NCBI GenBank assembly: GCA_973851085.1
Contig: OZ316775.1
Span: forward strand, 10,664,001-10,728,000
Source: Ptychomitrium polyphyllum
Lineage: Eukaryota
Reading direction: 5' to 3'
Length of the DNA stretch: 64,000 nucleotides
Both the position numbers and the translations under genes were made by a program. The notes below the pieces were generated by a model. That model worked only from the letters and a program-made list of their open reading frames with translations, did not search any database and was not told where the DNA came from. Below, piece after piece: positions 14,001 to 24,499 of this stretch (position 1 is the first letter of the stretch; each line of letters begins with the position of its first letter).

Positions 14001-15247
14001 CAAAGCTGTGAAGCAGGCAGGGTAGGTCATCACTGAGATCTTCACAAGCATCGGCCTTCAAATTTTGGACCTTAGGTGCACAGGGCTCCACATTTTGCGA
14101 ATCCGGCATTTCAGAAAAATTCCACATTCCACCGTCACAAGCTTTTGTCTCAGATGGCTCGACTCCAATCCCGCAATCTGCTTCTGAGTTGGTTTGGAGT
14201 ATCGCACCATTGAGCCCTTGAATTGATTTCTGTAACTTAGTCTTTTCACTGGGAGAAAGTGTAGACGAGATTGGTGCAGCTTCAAAATCTTGCACCTATA
14301 CACAGAGATGAAAGAAGTGGACCGATAAAGATATGTGAATTCGATCTGGAGTTGGTATTTATATTTGATTCCGGCATAAGTACACCCTCTGAGGTATGTG
14401 AGTTAACATTGCCGGCTTTGTTAGTTTGCATTTATAAATTCTCAAATGCAACATAGTATGTTAGTGAATATGATTTTATTATGGCAATCAGCAATTCCAC
14501 CAGAGTCGCTAGCGGCATCTAAGTATGTGAATTCGTGGTAATTTGATACGATGCTTCAGACATGACCGTGCATATTTTATCTAGTGTACTTTCCTAATTT
14601 TTCGTATTGTGAGATTCAGAAGATTGCATTCCTCTTCGTTAGTTACTTTGCAGGATATGACTGATAACACTGTTCTCTTATATCCTAAGTCTTGAGCAAA
14701 TTACCTTTAATTTCTTGAAATCTTCATCGACACCACTGTCCACAGGTGAGGACAAATTAACTAGGAGCTTCTTGCTTTGAACTATTGGCTTGCAGAGTAG
14801 GTCTTTAACATCGAGCTCTGTTTCTTGCACCATCGGGAACAAGCCTCCTGAATTGTACGTCGCTGAATCATTTGTCGACATATCTTCCTCAAACCAGGTG
14901 CACGCTCTTACTGCTCGAATCGGAACTTTTCCGCGATCCAAAGCAAAACTTATTAATGGCTCTGGGAGGAGTTGCAACAGAAGCTTTTCTGCAATCCATG
15001 TCGGATATGATATATCGACGTCCATGGCCGGGTTGTTGTCACTGTCTACGTCCTGAATATACTTCGTAAGCACCTCCAGAGCCAAGATTTCACTCCTCTC
15101 GCCGTCACCATTACAGTCGAACACTTCATCGGCGGAGAACAGAATGTCTCTCACAGGCAGGAGATTCTCTTGATAATTCTCCTCTACAAGCTCGGAAGAG
15201 ACCGCGGAGCGCTTCATACGCGGACATTTAAACCGTATTCTTGCCAT
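11064..15247 (-). CDS. SHOC1: SHORTAGE IN CHIASMATA 1 (XPF-like ZMM crossover protein), 4 predicted coding exons, ~1075 aa
   Basis: Exons 15247-14705, 14295-13375, 13008-12478 and 12296-11064 join in phase 0 at GT-AG sites. Motifs RRSSYQRILRLENEQLQVVERERHLPVDLILSPSTCL, MKAMSFSFEKCFMIFEGE and FLEQFPSINPLAAHAIL match the plant SHOC1 XPF-like/HhH region. The N-terminus MARIRF resembles the recalled MRTRF start. Confidence 0.9.
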
Positions 15248-18048
15248 CGCTACACATGAACACCTGCGAATAGGAGTATTCCACTAAAAGCCTTCTTAGA
15301 CACACCCTCTCATTCTCTAATCACATCTCCTTTGACTTCCTGAAAGCAATGGAGCTTGAACAATTTTATACGTCAGAGTCGCTCAAGAGGAAACTCATTG
15401 ATTAAAAGTTGCGAAATCTAGATTCACGACCAAAAAAATGATTATGTTAACAAGTATGGCGGAGGAGCAAATAATTCCTAGCCTCCCGCTCGCACATTTG
15501 TCACTAATCTGCCACAACTTATCCTCATTCAATCCACAAGAAGCCGGCTCTTGAGCTACATAAGAGCAATCGCCTTACTAAGAGAAAACTAACTGCAATC
15601 GTCATCAACCATTGCCAAGATAAATCACAGCTGAGCGTGCATTTTTCAATCTACTTCTGCACATTGAAAAGTCCGTTCGTTCACGGTTCGTATTCTCAAC
15701 GACGCCATAGCACTTTGGGAAGAAGCGGAATGCGAACACATAAGCAAACCCTAGCAAACCGCAAGCAAACTCTCTTCTTCAAATGATGTGCTGTGCATTT
15801 CAAGATATCATATGAGCTAACTGACCTTTCGAGGCTGAGAGACTGACGCTTTTGTTATCCACAGAAGTGCAGTCGAACCACGATACGCACCATGGATTGC
15901 ACAGCATCACAACGACTTGAATTGTCTGGCGCAAAGCAATCTCGAGTGACGGACGATGAAAAATCCTCAAAAACACAAAAGCCCTTCCTTCTTGCCAGAA
16001 CTCACTTGTGCGCAACCATGTCGTTCCTCCAAGGGAGTGAAAAGGCTTCATTCCCTTGTGTGAACGAAGCTTTTATCCCAGTACAGTATCTTCGTTCAAT
16101 GAAGATCCTCGCACTTGGTGCGTAAGGTACTAAACCCAACCTCGAAGATCTGTTTGCACCACGGTACGGATTATTGAATGAGGGGTGAGAAAAGGATACA
16201 CTAAACTTTATTCACACCTAGGGACACCAAGGGATTAATGGTGGAATAAACATAGAGTTAAACGTGGAATAGTGAGGGAATGAGGTGGAGAAACTACTTA
16301 ACTCTAAGAATGAAAAATCTATATGGTTTGTATATGGTTTGTAGATTTGAAGTGGATATTGAGGAATAATTATTATTTTATACGTAAATTTGAAGGTCAT
16401 ATTTTCAATGTTTGTTCTTTATATATGATTTGAACTCTAATTTTTTTTATGTTTTTTTTTAATTTTTTTCCTTCCAAACTTACTATTGATATGAACAAAG
16501 ATGAATATGTGGAATTAATGAAGGAATTAAAAACTCTTCAAAACTAATCATTTTTTAATCATTTTTTCTTACAAAATTCTTTATCAAAATAATCCTTCTA
16601 AAATCCTTCTAAAATCCTCTCAAGTACTAATAATAAATTGTAACGTTAGACAAATCCATATGACAAAAGTTGTTTCTTCATTGTTTATAGAAGTTCTTAT
16701 ATTGTTTTAGAATAGTATTTAATATGTTTTTATGTTTGCAAACATAATATAGAAACTTATTCATAACATTGCAATATAAATTTTAATTGAATGTAAACTT
16801 GAAGGTCGAAAGTGCAAGTATAAATGCAATTGCTAGTTTCTTATTGTCATGTAGATTTGTTGTGATTTTGATAATATAAATATGAGAATTTTTAATTTTA
16901 AAAAAATAATAAAAATTGGAATATTTAGATTTTTTGTTCAAACCTTCTTTATTGAAGAATCAAATGTTCAAATATTATTTCCAATACCGCGCCAAAGTAG
17001 CCGCATCAAACAATTGGGATTTTAGGATTTTTTGTGTGCAGTCTTGTAAAAATGTCAATTCTACGACAATAAATTATCATTTTATTCTGTAAATGTACCT
17101 AACATAGACGATGGAGCTGATAAGAGATCATGAAGATTCTCCAAACAGTCCCCAAAAGATGTCAGGTTCTGATGTCAGACGAGGGAGGCTCAGGGGAGGA
17201 AGCAGACGGTCACTTGCACCAATAAAAATTCAGGCCCAGGTCATTTCAGATATTCCTTCCTTGCTCTGAACCTGAGGTTACTTAGTTGCTCGATAAAAAG
17301 TTATCAAGAATGTAAACGCAGAATTCATGAGCACACATCTTTAAACGTAGACATCACCGTCCAATCCAACGACTAAAAGCAAACTTTTCAATCAAACAAC
17401 TCGACGCAACGACAGTGAGTGGAATCGGACAACAAAGCATCCACTGTAAACAAGACTCAAAAGTTCTGTATTCTTGCACCAAGGTGGCCATGGAAAACTT
17501 TGACTGAAGTAGAATCCAATGTCCATAGACTCGGGAATCACAAGAAAAAGCAACATGGCATTGCCACTTCGGCACTTTAGCCAATGCCGAGAATTCAAAA
17601 CGATCATAATATACAACGACGCTTGAGCATCGAATTATTCCAGTCTCCTAACTATAACAGAGATGCCTCGAGTGTACCTTGAACATCTACTTCCACCACA
17701 ATATCGTTGGATGGAGATAAGATACGCACATCTTGCAGCATTTCAATCTTGGCGCGATCGACTGGTCGGCTCAGGTTATTTTCAAGATCTACCCACTACC
17801 TCGGAAAAGATAAATAACACAAACTGCATCACCACCCAGAAAGTAGTATAGGACAGTAGATCCCTGGGGCTTGCAAAAGGACTGTCGCCAATTTGTTTTT
17901 ACACCACCAAGAGCTATCATGCAAATTGGTGTGCACGCGGCCAGAACTCAGAGAGCTGCAGTAGATCTTTGAGCAAAAAACAGCCTAAGCATAAGATTCA
18001 AGTATAGCAGCCGGATGTATGATGATCTAATATAGATTTGCATTAAAA

Positions 18049-19860
18049 TCAGTAGTGGTGGGCACTGGGAGCGGGTGAGAGAAGACCCGAATGAGACTGC
18101 TTGCAATGGGCAATAGCGCCCTGCACAGCACTGTGGAGCTCACTCATGCTGCTGGCGCTACTGCTGCTTATCCGAGGGCTGATGGTGTTGACGCTCACCT
18201 TAGGACTGCTCTTCATCACCTTGGGGCTCAAGCTCATCAACCGAGGGCTTGAGCTTTTCATCATACGAGGACTGCTGGACACCAAACTCCCACTATGAGC
18301 TAGGAAGGAGTTCTTCTTGGCACTGCTTGGCCCGGCAGGCGGCATCATGCAGGATCTTGCAGAGCTCGAGGGGATGTTAATGTTACTGGAGGGCTGGAAA
18401 AAGACACCAGAATTCGAACGAGGGCGAAGAGGTGGCGTTTTCAATATGGCGGGCATCGACTTGGCTCTTGTATGGACATGCTCCTGATGTCCAAGGGTTG
18501 ATTTCTGTGGAGGAAGCGAACTGCCTCGTGCAACACTACCACTATCCGTTTTCGAGCTCGTCTTGCCATACGGTGGCTTCAACATCCGCATGTATTTTAG
18601 CCACCGTTCGCGGATCTTTACAATGCCGCTTTGGTCTCGCTCCCGGTCAGTGGACACGACGGAATGAACGTCGGCGGAGTCGGACGGAAAGGCTGACTTT
18701 AGCTTCAGTCCTTGCGGAGCTTTTGAGTCGACTGCCTTCGGCCCCTGCTGCTGGATTGGAAGCGCGAGAAATGATTTGGGCTTGCTGGGATGGTTCTTCT
18801 CGTCGCAGTTCGGAGGGTTGAATAGGCGAGGCATAGCCAACGGTTTAATATCCCCTCCTGCATTCGACGCCATTTCAGCGAGCTTTGAGGAAGATCGAGT
18901 TCCAGAACGGTGATCATGTTCGGTTCGCGCTTCGATACGAGGTGATTTCGGCGGTTTCTTGGCGCTGAATATGTCCTTCCACTTGAGAGGTGACCGCAAC
19001 CAAGAAACGTTGGGCGCTACCTTCTCGTAATCTGAATTCGTTCCGATAACCACCGACCTTCGATCCGTGGGACATGGAATGGCTCTGTGAGTGACTTTGG
19101 GTTTCAGCGTCGGAGTGGTGGCGTTGCTGCTCCGATGATCGTACACGTCAAATGCGCGGTCGAAAGTTGTGTCGGTGCTCACAGAGCTTGCGTCATTGGA
19201 GCTTCCGTTGGAGTCACGGCTGGTACTACTGTCCCCTGTATCCCTGTCGCCAGGTTCGCATATGGAAGTTTGAGAGCGAAAGCTTGAGCTTCGAGAATCC
19301 ATGGCCGTCTCCACTGGTGCAACGTCAGTGGAATTCACGCAAAACTTGGAATATTTGGGCTGGTACATGCGGGAAAGACTACCGGGAGACATTTGGCTAA
19401 AAGGTTCTGGGACAGTACGCTGAGAGACGACAAATGTAGGAGCCCCCTTGCTGGCATCATGGAGCTCCACCTGCTTCCTGTAAATCGAGTGCTGTTTGTA
19501 GTCCCCTCGTTGAGAGCTGTAGCTATGGTCGGAAGGCAGCTGCGAGCCTGAGCCTTGGAAGACATCATCGTCCGGCTGCGACAAGCTAGCTAAAACGGGA
19601 GATACAGAAGCAGACTTGAACTCAAACTCCAACTCCGCATTCGGCGATTTCCGCAGCGCCATCCTCATCATAGACTCCCACTGCACTTTCACATCTGTGT
19701 CGAAGTACACCTCTTTCTCACTAAAATCGCCACGGCCTGGTTCAACTGGTGAAGGGCGCTTGAAGGAAAATGCACTTGCCTCCCGGTTCTCAAACACATC
19801 GTCCCTTCTTGATGAAATAAATGTCCTGTACTCGTTCGTGCTCCAACTATCCATAGCCAT
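18049..19860 (-). CDS. BKI1 / MEMBRANE-ASSOCIATED KINASE REGULATOR (MAKR)-family protein, intronless CDS, ~603 aa, Ser-rich
   Basis: Long single ORF (first ATG at 19860) with an ELEFEF motif, a basic WLKYMRMLKPPY motif and C-terminal SSMSELHSAVQGAIAHCKQS, the BKI1/MAKR signature. A probable 5' UTR intron donor lies at ~20876. Confidence 0.88.
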   Translation of the reverse strand: MAMDSWSTNEYRTFISSRRDDVFENREASAFSFKRPSPVEPGRGDFSEKEVYFDTDVKVQWESMMRMALRKSPNAELEFEFKSASVSPVLASLSQPDDDVFQGSGSQLPSDHSYSSQRGDYKQHSIYRKQVELHDASKGAPTFVVSQRTVPEPFSQMSPGSLSRMYQPKYSKFCVNSTDVAPVETAMDSRSSSFRSQTSICEPGDRDTGDSSTSRDSNGSSNDASSVSTDTTFDRAFDVYDHRSSNATTPTLKPKVTHRAIPCPTDRRSVVIGTNSDYEKVAPNVSWLRSPLKWKDIFSAKKPPKSPRIEARTEHDHRSGTRSSSKLAEMASNAGGDIKPLAMPRLFNPPNCDEKNHPSKPKSFLALPIQQQGPKAVDSKAPQGLKLKSAFPSDSADVHSVVSTDRERDQSGIVKIRERWLKYMRMLKPPYGKTSSKTDSGSVARGSSLPPQKSTLGHQEHVHTRAKSMPAILKTPPLRPRSNSGVFFQPSSNINIPSSSARSCMMPPAGPSSAKKNSFLAHSGSLVSSSPRMMKSSSPRLMSLSPKVMKSSPKVSVNTISPRISSSSASSMSELHSAVQGAIAHCKQSHSGLLSPAPSAHHY

Positions 19861-22800
19861 CTTAGAAAACTGTCCTTGGGGTCTAGGCAGCAATTAGTGC
19901 GTGAAAGACCTTGGAGAATATCGACAAAGCATTCTATTCAAAACACCTAGGGCACGCTTGCCAGAACGCTTAACTCCATATACAAAAGTGAGAGCGACAC
20001 CCTGAGCGAAACCATGTTTGCGCCGTGCGCTGGCTCACTGTGAATCTCAGACATTGCACCCTTCCTGCAGCAGACTGGAAGGGAGGACAAGTTTATTCAG
20101 AAAAGCTGCCTGCCTTCTTCCTGCAATCGAAATAACACTTTCAGTACAGATCGACATTGTTCATCGACACTAAGTAAGCTTAAGAACGCTTACACAACGC
20201 CAAAGATACACGATAAAAGAACTTGCAAGTCATCATAAATTATCATTCAAGAGTAGGCAACAACAATCTCGTGAAAGGCAGTTTTTCACTGAAAAGAGGA
20301 TCTGCACCAGGAACCAGAACTATGTAGAACACTTTACAACAATCGTTATGTGCGGTGCAGCCAACAGAGAAGGAAAAGGCCGTGCAACGAGGTACTGTAG
20401 TAAATTTTGAGACGGACAGCGGCTTACAGAAGAGAATGCCTGCATACTCTAAAAACCACAGAATCTTCACTCCTACCCAAACAGCTAAGGACGGTGGTAA
20501 CAGAGAAGTAGACACGACAGATTCACAGAGTCGGAGCAGTGAATTCCAGGTAAAGTGTTTCCTAAGACGAAAATTTCATTCACGGTTTAAATCACGTAAT
20601 CGAGTTTTCAACTCACAGGCTAGACATACAATACTGAGCTAAAGAAACACAACCTAACTAGGTCTACCTCACATTGCGTGCACAACAACCGTCGGCTTAT
20701 CCGAGGATCGCATAACTACATAATGCATTCTAACATCTACGCACTAATGCGCTTACAAACACCCAAAGCGCGAAGAACAAACGCCGAACTCACACATTGA
20801 GGCGCTAGAATCTAGCGACTGCGCCTCCCAACTCACTTAAAATGACGACAAAAACAGAGACAGCGTACAAAATTACCTCAAAGACATAGTTAACGGACAA
20901 CGGACCTCACATGTTGACAAGCCAACAACAGTCCTGTCCAACAGACTCCCTCGGACAGCTCTCGGTACGAACGGGTCCCAACGGCGAGACGAAGCGCGAC
21001 CCTCTGCTCAAACTGGCAACAATACTTCGCAACGCTCGCGTGTAAACACACAGAGCCTGGACATCGCTACTCAAGTTCTCCTATGACACATCCGTGGTAC
21101 ATACCACCTTACGACCCGTGAATCATAAATTTTCACAGTACGACCTGTCGCAACCAGCTTTTGGTAACCCTTTCACTCACACTCGCACACTGAAACCGTG
21201 CATAACAACACCACACCACCACTCAACTGATCCCGCTGCATTCACTCACTCCACAACAAACGATGCTCTACCTCACACATGCTCAGCTGCCTACAGTTCA
21301 GCAACAGTTTCGCAAGCACTCTTCAAAAACATCTATGAAGGATCCTAACCTCCGCAAACGTGAGGGTTTGATGCGTCCAATACAACAATGGCGGAAGGGA
21401 GTGATACGTTCAAGATCAAGAAAGATGAAGGAACAGGCTTTAGTCCACGAGAAGAGAAGCTGTGAACTTTCATCGCCTGAGCCTGAGGTGCGGCTGTGGT
21501 TTACAAGCGCATGACAAAGAAAGTCTCGTCACCTGGAGCTGAAGCAGAATAGCCTACGGTTGCGAAATCCGAAGGAAGGAGTGCGCATTGCCTACCTGAA
21601 GGGGCTGGCCACTGCAAGGAAGGGAGAGGAAGTGCAAGGTAAACATTGCAGAGGTGATGAGGGGTGATCTATCGACAATGTGTTTGTTCTAGTGCCGCAG
21701 GGAGCGCCGGCGGCGGCCATCAACGGACGCGGAGCTAGTCCACTTGGGGAAACTGCTGTTGTTCACGGTGGCGTTCTATTTCGAGACGTCGCAGGATGCA
21801 GGAGGCTCACGATTCGGCTACTTTTCAGAATGCTATGGAAAGTTTCGAGGGACCAATGGGTTACGTTTTCACGGCCAGTGTGTTTGGGTAATTATGTACT
21901 ACAGTAGAATTGTAAATATACCTGCTGTTCAGTAAAGACGGAGGATGCATGCGCATTAACCACACTACATTATGCAAAGATTTTATAAATTTTAGAAAAA
22001 AAAATAATAGAAGATAAGAACTGTCAAAGTCTGGTTACTGTAACCCACATTAATCTTTATTTTCAACTTTATAAAATATTGTGACCCATACAAATCATAA
22101 TTTCAAGATCTTACTTAAGCCATTACAATAATTAATTTTAACTTGAGCATTTCAATTGGAATATACAATTGACTGTTATTTTTTTTTTAAATAGAAAAAA
22201 ATATTTTATTCCAAAAGAACACTAGAAAGTTACTGCAATGAGCTTGCTGGCCAGAAATTCAAATTATAATATAAATGAGAAAACCAAATGTTTATTATCT
22301 TACCATAAGACACCTATTGCATTTAGATATATAGGTCTTTTTTAAGTGTAGTATTATACAAAATATGGTTTTATATAAATTTTTATTCTTTCTTACATTT
22401 TTGGTGTATTAAAAAATAAGGTTTTATCAAATTTGTACCTTCTAATGACTTTTAAATAGCCAAATTCATGAGAAGATTCCTTCATAGCAATAAATTTATG
22501 ACTTTAAGTTCTAGACAACATTGATTTGTTAATACTAATATTTAAAATTTAAAGCCATAACTCCATTGAGATAAATCCATTACCTTATAAATTTCGTATT
22601 TGAAAATTTACTAAAACATCATAATTTTATAAAATCCTATTTTGCTTCCATACTTGACACTTATAATAGCAGAAGAAAAACCTTTTATTCATCCCACGTC
22701 CAAAATTGCTCTTCTCAGACTTCCTTTAATTGATGCACCTAAACATCCTGCTCTTGCACAACTATGCAAGAGTTGTGATAAATCTTCCACAAGCCATAAA

Positions 22801-23758
22801 CATGTGCATTTGATGGATACTGGATACAGCTTTGGCTATTTGGTAATGAAGAGCAAATTAAAATATGACTTAGCGTCTGCCAGGAATCATGATCATAAAT
22901 TTCAGTGCTGCTGGTTCAGTAACCATTTCATTTATCATTCCCTCTACATTTACAGTTGCAGTTGCAGTTGATTTTCATTTCTTTCAAGCAAAAAAATGTT
23001 TTACTCTTTGTTAAATTTCTTCAGATTTTTATTTCTCATTTTGTTGCAGTGAAAAAATCTAACTTTAATAAAGACAGCAAGAACATCCCACCGAATTTTT
23101 TATCTTTCATTATTTCCATTTTTTTATTTTTTATTTTTTAATTTTTCAAAAACTTCTTTAGTTTTTGTTATATTTTTTTAATGGGAGTATTACCTATCTT
23201 AAGTTATGATACATCCAGCGTGGCTCCTGCACTATTTGGCGTTTTTCTTTCTATCTCTTCTTTTTCCTCCTTTTGTTTAAGATGAAAAAATTGAAATTTT
23301 ATAAGTTTATTTTGTTTTAGTTTTTGCAATAAAATACAGATTCATTGCCGGGATTTTGTGTGTTTGAGAAGCACCTGCAAAGGGGGTCCTTCATTCAGAA
23401 AGATAGGTCAAGTCAGACACACTTGAGTACAGTATCTATTATGCACTATTTGACAAGCATGCGAAACCCAAAGTAGGTAGTTTGTTAGGCTGGAAAAGAA
23501 TCCACAGAGAAGAAGAAGAATAGCATAGATCAACAGTCCATTCATCCTAGGTCCTGACTCTTGCAAGGAACAAAGAGTACCTAGTACTACCACCTCCATT
23601 TGGTGGTAGATTCTATGCTAACTACTTCACATACCTATCTAAGAGAAATATTAAAAGAAAATAAGCTGGAGGACAAGGATGTGGTTTAGGAGGTGTGAAA
23701 GCATAATGCATATAGACATACATGTGTACGTAAACATGTATAGTATGTGACATGGTCT

Positions 23759-23795
23759 GTACACATTCATGTACACATTCATGTACACATTCATA
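23759..23795. repeat. 12-bp tandem repeat (GTACACATTCAT) x3
   Basis: gtacacattcat gtacacattcat gtacacattcat. Confidence 0.85.
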
Positions 23796-24499
23796 CAATG
23801 ATATGGTCTGTACTATTCCATTTGCATGACATCCTTTACTTACATGACCTTGCACCATAATCAATATGCTCAACTTCTCCAAAATCCAAATAAATTTTTT
23901 TTACTGCTTAAGTATCCCACCAAATGCTCAACCTAGATACAGAATATTAATAAACGTCCATTGACTTACATCCATGAAAATTTGGCGTTGAATTTATACT
24001 TTGGTTTTCACAAGTGCAAATTTCAATGAAAGATAACCCAATTGTGTAGATTATATTTTAGAGTGAAACACAGCTACTTTCAGTGAAATAAACATATAAA
24101 ATTGTATAAAAAATTTAACAACACCATTATCATCTCAGAAGAATATTTTCACTTCTGTTAATTTAGTGGTCATTTAGTAGAAATAACTTCTACAATTATC
24201 ATTACTGTGCAATAGTTTGCAATTACCACACTTAGAATCCAGAGAAACTCTGCTTTTCTCTTTCAATGTGCTTTTTTTTTTTTGTTTTTCGGAACGAAAA
24301 GGAGCAGCTCTGATTTACTCATATTCTATTTCTTTCTATATGATGAACTTGGTAATCTTTCAAGAGGCACTGTTCTATTGTAGACTGCAATGAATTGAGT
24401 TTCCATGTCTTGGGTTCAAACTTTGCATGTTCTAACTGCAGAAACTCCCTGAGCAATCTGATGCCTCCTTTTTAAATCTTCCAACCTAAATTTTAAATA

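Noticed and set aside
18101..19897. Plus-strand ORFs overlapping the MAKR-like gene (likewise antisense ORFs over AUG6 and SHOC1)
   Set aside because: Antisense shadows of real coding sequence with no independent motifs.
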